Shown piece by piece: positions 38,912-50,305 of a stretch of DNA of 64,000 nucleotides. Position 1 is the stretch's first letter. Each line of letters opens with the position of its first letter. The position numbers were made by a program, and so were the translations under genes. The notes under the pieces were generated by a model that had not been told where the DNA came from, did no database searches, and worked only from the letters and a program-made list of their open reading frames with translations. The stretch spans positions 416,001-480,000 of the forward strand of contig CBDATQ010000001.1 in the NCBI GenBank assembly GCA_965199955.1, written 5' to 3'. This DNA is from Spirochaetia bacterium (lineage in GTDB: Bacteria; Spirochaetota; Spirochaetia; SZUA-6; Bin103).

Positions 38912-40332
38912 CCATCCGCGACCGCATCGTCGCCGGCCGCCGGGAACGGGTCGCGCGGGAAGGACCGTCCTTGGGCGCAGCCGTTCCCGCCGAGCGGCAG
39001 GCGCCGTCCGCGCCGTTCGCGGCCGAACCGCTGCTGATCTGCGAGATCAAGAAGCGCTCACCTTCCCGGGGCGCAATCGACGCCGATCTCGACGTGGTCG
39101 CGCAGGCCGGACGCTACGCGGCAGCCGGCATCCGCCACGTGTCGGTGCTCACCGAGCCCGACCACTTCGGCGGCTCGCTCGACGACCTGATGCGGATCAA
39201 GGAGCGCTTCGGGCACCTCGCCGTGCTGCGCAAGGATTTCCTGCTCGACGAGCGGGACGTGGAGGTCTCCCACCGCGCCGGCGCCGACGCGGTGCTGCTG
39301 ATCGCCGGCATGATCGACCGGCAGCGGCTGGCGTCGATGCTGCAGGCGGCCGAGGGGCTGGGCATGGCCGCCCTGGTGGAGGTGCACGACCCCGCCGACG
39401 TGGAAGAGGTGCGCGCCCTGCGCCCGGCGCTGGTCGGCATCAACGCCCGCGACCTGACTACCTTCAGCACGGACCTGGCGCACCCACTGCGGCTGCGGCC
39501 GGCGATCGACTGGCCGGCGCGGCTGGTATTCGAGTCCGGCATCTTCTTCGCCGAGCAGGTCGCACCGGCTCGTGCCGCCGGATTCGCGGGCGTGCTGGTC
39601 GGCGAGGGCGTGGTGCGGCGGCCGGAGCTGGCCGCCGAGCTGGTGGCCGGATTTCAGGGCGTGGCGCCTGCCGACTTCTGGGGCCGGCTCTATGAGCGCA
39701 TGCCGCTGCGCGCGATCGGCGCCGAGGAGCCGACCCGCCCACTGGTCAAGATCTGCGGCGTCACGAGCCGTGACGACGTGCTGCGCGCGGTCGACGCCGG
39801 CGCCGACATGCTCGGTCTCAACCTGGTCGCCGAGTCCCCACGGCGCGTGGCGCCGGAGATGATCGCGCAGCTCGGTGACGTCGGCGCGCTGAAGGTGGGC
39901 ATCACGGTGGACGACGCCCAGGTCGCGGCGGAGCTGCAGCGCGACGGCCACCTGGATGCCGTGCAGCTTCACGGCGCCGAGCCCGCCGAGCGCTGCGCGG
40001 ACCTGGCGCAGCCCTACTACAAGGCGATCCGCGTGCGGGGCCGGGCCGACCTGGAGGGGATCGGCGACTACCGCTGTCCGCGGGTGCTGGTGGACGCGCC
40101 GGCGTCCGGCCGGCGCATCGACGCCGAGCTGATCGACCAGGCCGCTCGCCGCGGCCCGCTCTGGCTGGCCGGCGGCCTCAACCCCGACAACGTGGGCGCC
40201 GTCATCGACCGCCACGCGCCGGAGCTGGTGGACGTGGCCAGCGGCCTGGAGTCGTCACCGGGACGCAAGGACCCGGCCAAGCTGAGGGCGTTCTTCACCG
40301 CGATTCGCGCGCCGCTCGGAACGGCCGCATGA
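38908..40332 (+). CDS. trpCF: Fused indole-3-glycerol-phosphate synthase / PRA isomerase (TrpC-TrpF)
   Basis: EIKKRSPSRG, LRKDF, GINARDL followed by VKICG, VQLHG, LAGGLNPDNV, DVASGLE. Confidence 0.95.
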   Translation: MTIRDRIVAGRRERVAREGPSLGAAVPAERQAPSAPFAAEPLLICEIKKRSPSRGAIDADLDVVAQAGRYAAAGIRHVSVLTEPDHFGGSLDDLMRIKERFGHLAVLRKDFLLDERDVEVSHRAGADAVLLIAGMIDRQRLASMLQAAEGLGMAALVEVHDPADVEEVRALRPALVGINARDLTTFSTDLAHPLRLRPAIDWPARLVFESGIFFAEQVAPARAAGFAGVLVGEGVVRRPELAAELVAGFQGVAPADFWGRLYERMPLRAIGAEEPTRPLVKICGVTSRDDVLRAVDAGADMLGLNLVAESPRRVAPEMIAQLGDVGALKVGITVDDAQVAAELQRDGHLDAVQLHGAEPAERCADLAQPYYKAIRVRGRADLEGIGDYRCPRVLVDAPASGRRIDAELIDQAARRGPLWLAGGLNPDNVGAVIDRHAPELVDVASGLESSPGRKDPAKLRAFFTAIRAPLGTAA

Positions 40333-40342
40333 GGAGTCTGAA

Positions 40343-41572
40343 ATGAAGGTGTACAACGACTACTTCGGCCAGTTCGGAGGGCGCTACGCGGCCGAGGTGC
40401 TGCGTACGCCGCTCGACGAGCTGCAGGCAGCGTTCACGGAGGCGGTGGTCGCCCCGGATTTCCTGGCCGAGCTGGACCGCTTCGGGTGCCAGTTCGCGGG
40501 GCGACCGACGCCGCTCTCCCCGGCCGTGAACGCGCAGGCGGAGATCGGCGGCGCGTCGATCTACCTGAAGCTGGAGGGGCTGGCCAACACCGGCGCCCAC
40601 AAGGTGAACAACGTCATCGGCCAGTGCCTGCTGGCGAAGCGCATGGGCAAGCCGCGCGTGATCGCCGAGACCGGCGCCGGCCAGCACGGCGTGGCCACCG
40701 CCGCGGTCGCCGCCAAGCTGGGACTGGAGTGCCGGGTCTACATGGGCGAGGTGGACGTGCGCCGCCAGCGCCCCAACGTGTTCTGGATGGAGCTGTTCGG
40801 CGCCGAGGTGGTCCCGGTCGGCTCCGGCTCGCGCACGCTCAAGGACGCGATCAACGAGGCGCTGCGCGACTGGTCGGACACCTTCGACCGGACCCACTAC
40901 GTGATCGGCTCGGTCATGGGTCCGTCGCCCTACCCGGATATGGTCCGCGAGTTCCAGTCTGTGGTCGGCCGCGAGGTGGCCGAGCAGTGCCGGCAGCTCG
41001 GCGTGCAGCCGACGGCGCTGATCGCCTGCGTGGGCGGCGGCTCGAATGCGCTCGGCTTCTTCGCTCCGCATCTGGAGGCGTCGGCGCCGCGCCTGATCGG
41101 CGTGGAGGCGGGAGGCCGCGGGCCCGCCCTGGGCGACCACGCGGCGCGCATGTCCGGCAGTGGCATCCCCGGCATCGTGCACGGCTACAAGTCACTGTTC
41201 CTCACCGACGGCGACGGCCAGGTGGCGGAGACGCACTCGATCTCGGCCGGACTCGACTATCCCGGTGTCGGCCCTCAGCTCGCCCACCTGGGCACCAGCG
41301 GCCGCGTGGAGTTCACGACCGCCTCCGATGACGAAGCGCTCGACGCGGTGCGGCTGTTCGCCCGCACCGAGGGGATCATCTTCGCGCTGGAGTCCGCGCA
41401 CGCAGGCGCCGCGGCGATCAAGGTGGCCCGCGTGCTCCCGGACGACGCCAGCGTGGTGGTCAACGTCTCCGGCCGCGGCGACAAGGACCTGTTCATCCTG
41501 GCGGGAGCGCTGCAGCCGGACCGCTGGGCGGAGTTCCTGACGCGCGAAGCGCAGGAGATCGCCCATGGCTGA
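40343..41572 (+). CDS. trpB: Tryptophan synthase beta chain
   Basis: TGAHKVNN, AETGAGQHG, CVGGGSNA, SISAGLDYPGVGP, SGRGDKD. Confidence 0.97.
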   Translation: MKVYNDYFGQFGGRYAAEVLRTPLDELQAAFTEAVVAPDFLAELDRFGCQFAGRPTPLSPAVNAQAEIGGASIYLKLEGLANTGAHKVNNVIGQCLLAKRMGKPRVIAETGAGQHGVATAAVAAKLGLECRVYMGEVDVRRQRPNVFWMELFGAEVVPVGSGSRTLKDAINEALRDWSDTFDRTHYVIGSVMGPSPYPDMVREFQSVVGREVAEQCRQLGVQPTALIACVGGGSNALGFFAPHLEASAPRLIGVEAGGRGPALGDHAARMSGSGIPGIVHGYKSLFLTDGDGQVAETHSISAGLDYPGVGPQLAHLGTSGRVEFTTASDDEALDAVRLFARTEGIIFALESAHAGAAAIKVARVLPDDASVVVNVSGRGDKDLFILAGALQPDRWAEFLTREAQEIAHG

Positions 41573-42329
41573 CAAGCCGGCCTTCATGGCCCACCTGGTG
41601 GCGGCGTTCCCGGACTGGGACACCTCGCTGCGCGTCGGCGAGGCGATGATCGCCGGCGGTGCCGGGCTGCTGGAGGTGCAGTTCCCGTTCAGCGACCCGA
41701 CCGCGGACGGTCCGTGGATCCAGCGCGCGTGCGCGGATGCGCTGGCGGCCGGGTTCGCGGTGGACGACGGCTTCCGGCTGGTCGACCGGCTGGCGAACCG
41801 CCCTGACGCGCCTCAGGTCTTCGTGATGGTGTACGCCAATCTGGCCTTCCGGCCGGGAATCGAACCGTTCCTGGCGCGCTGCCGGGACGCGGGCGCGCGC
41901 GGCGTGATCGTCCCCGACCTGCCCCCCGACTACGACGAGGGGCTGTACGCTGCCGGCCGGAACCTGGCCCTGGAGGTGGTCCCCGTGGTTCCCGTGACCG
42001 CCCGCGCGGAACGCCTCCGTGCCGTGGTGGAGAGCTCGCGCACCGGCTCCCTGTACACGGCGCTGCGCAAGGGCGTGACCGGCGGCTACACCCGGATCAG
42101 CGATGACAGCGTCCGTTTCCTGCGCGACGCCCGGGCGCTCGGCGTTTCGGTGATGGCCGGCTTCGGGATTTCGGAACGGGCGCAGGTCGACGCGCTCGCG
42201 CCGCTGGTGGATACCGTGATCGTCGGCTCGGCCTTTATCCGCGCGCTGCTCGAGGCCCCGGAGGGCGCCGACCCGTACGACACGGTACGCGGTCTGATGG
42301 CGCGGCTGGCCGATCCGGGGACGTCTTGA
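41565..42329 (+). CDS. trpA: Tryptophan synthase alpha chain
   Basis: EVQFPFSDPTADGPWIQ, PDLP, GVTG, GFGI, IVGSA. Confidence 0.95.
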   Translation: MADKPAFMAHLVAAFPDWDTSLRVGEAMIAGGAGLLEVQFPFSDPTADGPWIQRACADALAAGFAVDDGFRLVDRLANRPDAPQVFVMVYANLAFRPGIEPFLARCRDAGARGVIVPDLPPDYDEGLYAAGRNLALEVVPVVPVTARAERLRAVVESSRTGSLYTALRKGVTGGYTRISDDSVRFLRDARALGVSVMAGFGISERAQVDALAPLVDTVIVGSAFIRALLEAPEGADPYDTVRGLMARLADPGTS

Positions 42330-42385
42330 TCGGTGCGGCGCTTCGCCCTACTTTCTGCACAACGACTCCCAAGGGGGCAAGCCGA

Positions 42386-42709
42386 ATGGGACAGGAAGTG
42401 ACGATTACCAGCGACAATTTCGATGCGGAGGTTCTCCAGGCGGACACCCCCGTGCTGGTCGACTTCTGGGCCGACTGGTGCGGCCCGTGCAAGATGATCG
42501 CGCCCGCCGTCGAGGAGCTGGCCTCCGACTACGCGGGCCGCGTCAAGGTCGGCAAGGTCAACGTCGACGATGCCGGCGACCTGGCGATGAAGTTCAAAGT
42601 GGTCAGCATTCCCACTCTGCTGCTGTTCAACGACGGATCGGTGGTCGACCAGCAGGTCGGTGCGGTCCCCAAGGGCAAGATCGAGGGGATGTTCAAGGCG
42701 CTCGTGTAA
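42386..42709 (+). CDS. trxA: Thioredoxin
   Basis: VDFWADWCGPC, SIPTL. Confidence 0.96.
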   Translation: MGQEVTITSDNFDAEVLQADTPVLVDFWADWCGPCKMIAPAVEELASDYAGRVKVGKVNVDDAGDLAMKFKVVSIPTLLLFNDGSVVDQQVGAVPKGKIEGMFKALV

Positions 42710-42730
42710 CGCGCCGCGCGGACCGGCGCA

Positions 42731-43780
42731 TCAATCGCGGCTGAACATCTCGTCGGTGTTGAGGCCGCCGAAGGTCGCCCCGCGGGTCGGGGTGATGTGC
42801 CAGTCCGCGCGGGAGTCGGTGTCCGCGTGGTCGCTGCCGCGCGCTATCGAGCGGGTCGATGTGGTGTTGTTCGAGTCGACGGCATCCTCGGGACGCGCCA
42901 GCTCACCGGCGACCTGCCAGCCGCCGGCCGCCACAAGCTCATCGACGCGTTCCAGCACTCTGCGGGTGCCGAACCCCCGGTAGCGTTCGTCCGACTCGGA
43001 GGTGCGGTCGCTGTAGATCACGCCGTCGAGCAGGTCGCCGTCCGGCCGTGCGTAGAGCGACACGACGCCGTTGTTGCCGGACAGTCCCTCGCCTTCGGGA
43101 AGCCACAGGTCCCAGGCATCCTCCGACGCCTGCGGATGGGCCGATTCCGTCATCGACGCCGTCTCGTCCACCTCCGCCGGGTCACCGGTGCTGACGCAGT
43201 GGATGACGATGAAGTCGCCCGGCTCCACCGCGATGGAGGGGAACACCAGCCGGTGGCGGTAGTTGCCCGGCGTCCCGTCGAACAGGGTCACCCCGCCCAG
43301 GTCGCCGGCCGTCAGGGCCACCAACTCGATCCGGTCGGGCCGCGTACGGGTGCCTCGCGTGGTCAGCTCGGTGATGAGCAGGGCCGGCACCTCGCCGTTG
43401 TGGCCGTGGAAGCGGGCGGTCATCCCCAGGCCGTTGCCGCGCTCATCGGTGACCACCGCCTTGAGCTGGTACTCGGCGCCCGAGCTCTGCTCGGCGACCG
43501 ACAGCAGCATGCGGGCTCCGTCGTAGGCGACGCCATCCAGACCGAGAGGGGGTTCGATGACCAGCGATCCATCCTCGAGCACCGCGGGCTCGCTGAAGGT
43601 GATCGCGATCGAGCGCCGGTCCGGCACCTCGACGGCGCGCAGAAGAGGCGGCGTCAGGTCCGGATCGATGACGGTGCGCAGTGCGGGCACCTTGCCGCAC
43701 GCGCCCACGACGCAGAAAAGGCCGGCCAGGCTCGCTGCCGCGGCGAGCCGCCGGAAGTCGATTGTTCGGGTTGCCATCAC
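42731..43780 (-). CDS. Putative lipoprotein with Ig-like and lamin-tail-like domains
   Basis: VVGAC lipobox; LLITEL...DRIEL, PGDFIVIH, GLS.NNG, SIAR. Confidence 0.6.
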   Translation of the reverse strand: MMATRTIDFRRLAAAASLAGLFCVVGACGKVPALRTVIDPDLTPPLLRAVEVPDRRSIAITFSEPAVLEDGSLVIEPPLGLDGVAYDGARMLLSVAEQSSGAEYQLKAVVTDERGNGLGMTARFHGHNGEVPALLITELTTRGTRTRPDRIELVALTAGDLGGVTLFDGTPGNYRHRLVFPSIAVEPGDFIVIHCVSTGDPAEVDETASMTESAHPQASEDAWDLWLPEGEGLSGNNGVVSLYARPDGDLLDGVIYSDRTSESDERYRGFGTRRVLERVDELVAAGGWQVAGELARPEDAVDSNNTTSTRSIARGSDHADTDSRADWHITPTRGATFGGLNTDEMFSRD

Positions 43781-43817
43781 CCCTGATACGGCCGGGGCGG
43801 CGGCAGCGCTTTACCGG

Positions 43818-44245
43818 CTACCCTTCGGCGCTCTGCAGCTCCTCGATGACCCGCCGCGCCAACCGGCCCGGGGCCGGCGGCAGGTCCTCACCTCCTTCGC
43901 CGTCGTACTTGGCCACCAGAAGGCCCAGCAGCTCCATGGCCGCCTGGTCGTCGTCGAGCTTGTGGTGCATGAAGGCGATCTCGTACTCCGCCCAGAGATT
44001 GCGCTCGAGCTCGTCGGGATCGGCGGTGGCCGGGAAGCGTTCCAGATAGGCGCGGTAGTAGTCCATCGCACCTTGATAATTCCGCTGACTGCTGGCGTCG
44101 CGGGCCGCCTGGAAGTACTCGGGAGCGGTCATCAGCTCGGAGGCGTCCGGCCTGGGGGTCTGACAGCCCAGCAGCAGCGCGGCGCCCGCCGCCAGCGGGA
44201 TGAGCAGCGATCGCATGAGGCGGCACGTGCGTGCCGGGGCTCGCA

Positions 44246-44249
<4 letters not shown>
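43818..44249 (-). CDS. TPR/BamD-like lipoprotein
   Basis: LLLGC lipobox; [32 protein letters not shown]. Confidence 0.7.
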
Positions 44250-45466
<1,217 letters not shown>

Positions 45467-45530
45467 CAGGAGGCTTAGTATATCACCGGATGCACGATCC
45501 CCGATGACTGGTCAGCGAGTGCCGGATCCC

Positions 45531-46619
45531 ATGCCACGTCGCCGCCCGGCCGCGGTCCGCGGGTCCCGCCGCTCCCCGGCACGCGGCGCTGCACTCGGAC
45601 AGGCGGCGCTCGCACTGGCGGCCGCCATCGTGATCGGGAGCTGCGCGCGTCACGAGCTGGTGTGGGTCCCGGACCGGTCCCTGAACGCCGACCTGCAGCA
45701 GCTCCGCAGCGAGCTGGAGCGGACCGACCCCGGCGCCGAGACCGCCGACCAGCGGTACGCGCTGGTCGCGGAGATCGCCCGCACCCTGCGGAGCGGCGGG
45801 GAAGCGGGACGCGAGCGGACTTTCCTGACCCTGTACGCCGGGCAGCATCCCCAGGACCCGTACAACGCCGCCCACCTGGTAACCGTCGCGGACTCCTATC
45901 TGGAGGGCGGGCAGACGCCGCTGGCCGTGCACTACTACCGGCGGGCGCTGCGCAACCTGCCCGATCTCGAAGTGCGGGGGCGATCGCTGCACCGGCACTG
46001 CCTGGAGCGCCTCGTGGAGCTCGACGATGCCGTCCGCCACGTCGAGTACTACCGGGAGCTGGTCGAGCGGTTTCCCGAACGCATCGACCTCGGCCTGAGC
46101 CTCTACCGCCTCGCCGGTGCGTACGCCGCGCGGGGCGACTGGGAGCAGGCTCTGGAGGCGTACGGCACGTTTCTCCACGCGCCCCCGACCGAGATTCCCG
46201 GCGAGCCCGATGCCTACCGGCAGGTGACCGAGCTGATCCGCTTCCATCGCTCCGACAAGTCATGGGTGCGGGCCGATCTGGACACGCTCGTGGCGGAGGT
46301 GCGTGCCGCCATCGCCGGCCGTGACGTGCGCGCGCTGCGCCGTGTGCAGGCCGGCGTCAATTTCTTCGCGACGTCCTGGGGGAGCGACGCGACGCTCACT
46401 CAACGCTTCAGGTTGGAGGCGTTCTCGATGCGGCGTGTCCACGCCGACGCCGAGTTGCACCCCGATTCCAACGACCGGGAAGCCTTCCTGCGCACGGCGG
46501 GATGGACGGCACGGGTCACTACCTGGTATCTTTGCTTCCGAAGGGTCGACTACAGCATCGATCCGCGCGTCAACGGCACTTGGGAGTGGGCCGGTATTTA
46601 CTTTGGCGAGAAAGTGTAG
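45531..46619 (+). CDS. TPR-containing putative lipoprotein
   Basis: VIGSC lipobox-like; TPR helices; C-terminal WEWAGIYFGEK. Confidence 0.7.
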   Translation: MPRRRPAAVRGSRRSPARGAALGQAALALAAAIVIGSCARHELVWVPDRSLNADLQQLRSELERTDPGAETADQRYALVAEIARTLRSGGEAGRERTFLTLYAGQHPQDPYNAAHLVTVADSYLEGGQTPLAVHYYRRALRNLPDLEVRGRSLHRHCLERLVELDDAVRHVEYYRELVERFPERIDLGLSLYRLAGAYAARGDWEQALEAYGTFLHAPPTEIPGEPDAYRQVTELIRFHRSDKSWVRADLDTLVAEVRAAIAGRDVRALRRVQAGVNFFATSWGSDATLTQRFRLEAFSMRRVHADAELHPDSNDREAFLRTAGWTARVTTWYLCFRRVDYSIDPRVNGTWEWAGIYFGEKV

Positions 46620-46710
46620 GTTTTGAGAGCGTGTAGGTTCTCGCGCCGCCCACCCCGCCGGATCGGCAGCAGCCGGGACGTACAGAGGCCCGGCACCGTT
46701 AGAGGAAAGG

Positions 46711-48210
46711 ATGAGCAACGCAAGGGGAGCCGGCGTGCGCGCGCTCGTGGCGATCGCTGTGCTCATGACCACGGGGATCGTTCCGCTCGCGGCCCAGGAT
46801 TGCCGGAGCGACTGGCAGGCGTGCGACCACGCGCGCGTCGAGCACTACATCAAGCAGTTCACCAAGCGGACCTGGCGTGGATGGCTGCACGGCGTCTGGG
46901 AGCGCTCGTGGATCTACTCCGATCACATCGGCGCTGCAATCGAGCGGCGCGGGCTGCCGCAGGAGCTGCGGCTGCTGCCGGTGATCGAGTCGGGTTATCT
47001 CCCCGATGCGGTGTCGACGAGCGGCGCGGTCGGCATCTGGCAGATCACACGCCTCGGGGCGAGCGGCTATCCGTTGCAGATGGATGGCGGGCTCGACGAG
47101 CGGCGCGACTTCTGGAAGGCGACCGAGGTCGCGCTGGATACCCTGGCAACGAACCGCGAACGCTTCGGCGACTGGCTGCTCGCGATCGCCGCGTACAACG
47201 CAGGCCCGGGCGGGGTGCAGCGGGCGATCGACCGCGCCGGCACCAGGGATTTCTGGGAGTTGCGCCGATCGGGCGCGTTGCCGGAGCAGACGGCGGAGTT
47301 CGTGCCCCGTTTCCTGGCGGCGGTTCGCGTCTTCTCGGAGCCGGAGCGCTACGGTCTTCCGGCGCTCGAGCCGATCACCTGGGTTCGCGTCGGAGCCGGC
47401 GGCCGGGCCGACCTGCGCAAGCTGGCCGCGCACACGGGCATGGACCTCGATCTGCTGCGGACCGCAAATGCGGAGCTCGGCTCGGTGTTCACCCCGAACG
47501 ACGCCCGCGTCGAGCCGGCGGTGATCGCATCGAGCGACACGCGTGCCGCGGACCTGAACGGATACTGGCTGAAGGTCCCGGCCGACCACGCCGAGCAGGT
47601 GCGGGCCCTCCTGGAGGAGCGCGCGCAGCTGTTCGACTTCATCGAGCACGTGATCCGCGCCGGAGAGACCTTCTGGGCCCTCGCGAAACGCTACGGAAGC
47701 AGCGTCGACCTGATCGTCGACGAGAATCCGGGGCTGCACCCGCAACGGCTGCGCCCCGGTCAGACCGCGGTTGTCCCGCTGCTGGCCGTCACTCCGGTGG
47801 CCGCCACTCCGGTGGCGGTGCCGTCGGGCGCGACGGTCGAACACCGGGTTCGGCCGGGAGAGACGCTATGGGTCCTGGCGCTCCGGTATGGCAGCAGCGT
47901 CGAACGGATCCTCGGTGAGAATCCGGGCGTGAATCCGCGGCGGCTGCGGCCGGGCCTGACCGTGATCATCCCGCTGCCGGGTTCCGTGCCGGACGTGGAG
48001 TCGCCGGGCGTCGGGCCTCCGTGGATGGCGCAGGCGGGGTCCGGCGCCGTGCACGTCGTCGAGCACGGCGACTCGCTGTGGGATATCGCGCGCACCCACG
48101 GGGTGACCGTGGAGGCGCTGGCGGCCAGCAACGGCCGGTCGCCGAACGACATCATCAAGCCGGGCGAAACCCTTATCGTGCAGGCCGGCGGTACGCTGTC
48201 GAGCGCCTGA
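46711..48210 (+). CDS. Lytic transglycosylase with three LysM domains (MltD-like)
   Basis: LPVIESG, GAVGIWQ, LAIAAYNAG, three LysM repeats. Confidence 0.92.
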   Translation: MSNARGAGVRALVAIAVLMTTGIVPLAAQDCRSDWQACDHARVEHYIKQFTKRTWRGWLHGVWERSWIYSDHIGAAIERRGLPQELRLLPVIESGYLPDAVSTSGAVGIWQITRLGASGYPLQMDGGLDERRDFWKATEVALDTLATNRERFGDWLLAIAAYNAGPGGVQRAIDRAGTRDFWELRRSGALPEQTAEFVPRFLAAVRVFSEPERYGLPALEPITWVRVGAGGRADLRKLAAHTGMDLDLLRTANAELGSVFTPNDARVEPAVIASSDTRAADLNGYWLKVPADHAEQVRALLEERAQLFDFIEHVIRAGETFWALAKRYGSSVDLIVDENPGLHPQRLRPGQTAVVPLLAVTPVAATPVAVPSGATVEHRVRPGETLWVLALRYGSSVERILGENPGVNPRRLRPGLTVIIPLPGSVPDVESPGVGPPWMAQAGSGAVHVVEHGDSLWDIARTHGVTVEALAASNGRSPNDIIKPGETLIVQAGGTLSSA

Positions 48211-48395
48211 TGGATGGGCCCGCGCCGCCGGGGATGGCCGCAAGGCGTACCCGGACGGCGCGCGCGCTCGCACTGATCGCCCTGCTGGCGGCGGTCACCT
48301 TCGTCTGCGCGCGCGACGAAGAGAGGATCCGCATGGCTCTGGCGGGCGACGTCGATGAAGAGCCGCTGGTGATCTACTTCCGGTTCGCGGGCTGA
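48210..48395 (+). CDS. Small hypothetical protein or N-terminal gene fragment
   Basis: Coupled start/stop with neighbours; hydrophobic segment LALIALLAAVTFVC. Confidence 0.4.
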   Translation: MDGPAPPGMAARRTRTARALALIALLAAVTFVCARDEERIRMALAGDVDEEPLVIYFRFAG

Positions 48396-48396
48396 C

Positions 48397-50274
48397 GTGG
48401 CTGCCGTCACCCTGGAAGGGGTCAGCGTCGCCTACGGCGCGCAGACGGTGCTCGCCGGCGCAAGCACCACGCTGGCACGGGGAGACCGTGTCGCCCTGGC
48501 CGGTCCCAACGGCAGCGGCAAGAGCACGCTGCTGCGCGTGGCCGCCGGCGAGCTTCCCCCGGACGCCGGCAGCGTGCGCCTGCAGCGCGGCGCGCGGGTG
48601 TGCTACCTGCCGCAGTCCGGGTCCGGCGACGACGCGGCCAGGTCCGGGCGGACGGTCGTCCAGGAGCTGGAGCGTGCGTTCACCGACCTGCACGCGGTGG
48701 CGGCCGAGGCCACGGCGCTGGAGGGACGAATGGCCGACGGAGATGACGTCGAGGAGGTGCTCACCGCGTACGGGGAGCTCCTCGAACGGCTGGAGCGCGG
48801 CGGCTACCACGAGCGCGACCGTGAGATCGGCGTCGTCATGCGCGGCCTGGGGTTCGAGGAATCGGACCGCGACCGGCCGGTCAGCGAGCTGTCCGGCGGC
48901 TGGGAGATGCGGGTCGCGCTGGGCCGCGTGCTGCTGAGCCGCGCCGACCTGCTGCTCCTCGACGAGCCCACCAACTACCTGGACCTGCCGGCGCGCGAAT
49001 GGCTGGAGGGCTTCCTGGCGCGCGGCGAAGGTGGCTTCATGGTGGTCGCCCACGACCGCGAGTTCCTGGATCGCTGCTGCCAGAGCGTGCTGGAGATCCG
49101 CGACGGCCGGCTCCGCTCCTACGCGGGCGGCTACTCCGACTTCGAGCGGGCGCGGGCCGAGCAGGTCCGCGCCGACGCCAAGGCGTACGACCTGCAGCAG
49201 GAAGAGATCGAACGGATCGAGGCGTTCATCCGCCGCTTCCGCGCCACCGCCTCCAAGGCGCGCCTGGTGCAGAGCAGGATCCGCTACCTGGAGAAGCTGC
49301 CGCGCCGCGAGCGGCCGGTGCAGGCGCCGACCATCAAGCTGTCGCTGCCCGATCCGCCGCGCTGCGGCAAGGTGCCGCTGACCTGCGCCGGGTTGGCAAG
49401 GCGCTACGGCGACCTGCAGGTGTACGCGGGCGTCGACCTGGAGGTGGAGCGCAACGACCGGCTGGCGGTGGTCGGCAAGAACGGCGCCGGCAAGTCCACG
49501 CTGATGCGTGCCCTGACCGGCGCAGAGGAGCCGAGCGCCGGCTCGATCAGGCGGGCCGTGGGCCTGCGGCAGGCGTACTTCGCGCAGGATCAGGAGCGGC
49601 AGCTCGATCCCGGGCTCACGGTGCTGGAGACGGTTCAGGCCGCCGCGGCCGCCGACCAGCAGCAGAAGGTCCGCGACCTGCTTGGCGCCTTCCTGTTCAA
49701 CGCGGACGACATCGACAAGCCGGTGGGCGTGCTGTCCGGCGGCGAGCGCGTGCGCGTGGCGCTGGCGCGCCTGCTGCTGCAGCCGATCAACCTGCTGCTG
49801 CTGGACGAGCCTACCAACCACCTGGACATCGTCTCCACCGAAGCGCTGGCGCGCGCCCTGGAGCAGTACCGGGGAACGCTGATCGTGGTCTCGCACGACC
49901 GCGCGTTCCTGCGCCGGCTGGTCACCGGCGTCCTGGAGGTGGACCGCGGCGGCGCCCGCCTGTATCCCGGCGACTTCTCCTACTACGAATGGAAACGGAA
50001 GAACGAAGATGAGGACACCCCGGCTCGCGCCACCGACCGGCGCAGGAGCCGGGACCGCACCAGAGAGAAGCCGCAGCCCCGGTCGCGGGCTGCCAGCGAG
50101 GATCGGGTGCTGGAAGAGCTGGAGGAGCTGGAGCAGCAGCGGATGCGGATCGAGGCGGACCTGGCACGCGAGGACACGTGGCGCGACGGGCAGGCGATGC
50201 GCGAGCTGAAGCGGTCGCTGGCCCGCAACCGGGAACGGGAGCACGAGTTGACGAGCTCGCTCTCGTCCGATTGA
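48397..50274 (+). CDS. ABC-F family ATPase
   Basis: Two NBDs (GPNGSGKST/LSGGW/DEPTN and GKNGAGKST/LSGGE/DEPTN), no TM segments, C-terminal coil. Confidence 0.94.
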   Translation: MAAVTLEGVSVAYGAQTVLAGASTTLARGDRVALAGPNGSGKSTLLRVAAGELPPDAGSVRLQRGARVCYLPQSGSGDDAARSGRTVVQELERAFTDLHAVAAEATALEGRMADGDDVEEVLTAYGELLERLERGGYHERDREIGVVMRGLGFEESDRDRPVSELSGGWEMRVALGRVLLSRADLLLLDEPTNYLDLPAREWLEGFLARGEGGFMVVAHDREFLDRCCQSVLEIRDGRLRSYAGGYSDFERARAEQVRADAKAYDLQQEEIERIEAFIRRFRATASKARLVQSRIRYLEKLPRRERPVQAPTIKLSLPDPPRCGKVPLTCAGLARRYGDLQVYAGVDLEVERNDRLAVVGKNGAGKSTLMRALTGAEEPSAGSIRRAVGLRQAYFAQDQERQLDPGLTVLETVQAAAAADQQQKVRDLLGAFLFNADDIDKPVGVLSGGERVRVALARLLLQPINLLLLDEPTNHLDIVSTEALARALEQYRGTLIVVSHDRAFLRRLVTGVLEVDRGGARLYPGDFSYYEWKRKNEDEDTPARATDRRRSRDRTREKPQPRSRAASEDRVLEELEELEQQRMRIEADLAREDTWRDGQAMRELKRSLARNREREHELTSSLSSD

Positions 50275-50305
50275 AGCCGGGGGAGTAGATTATCCGCACA
50301 ACGCC

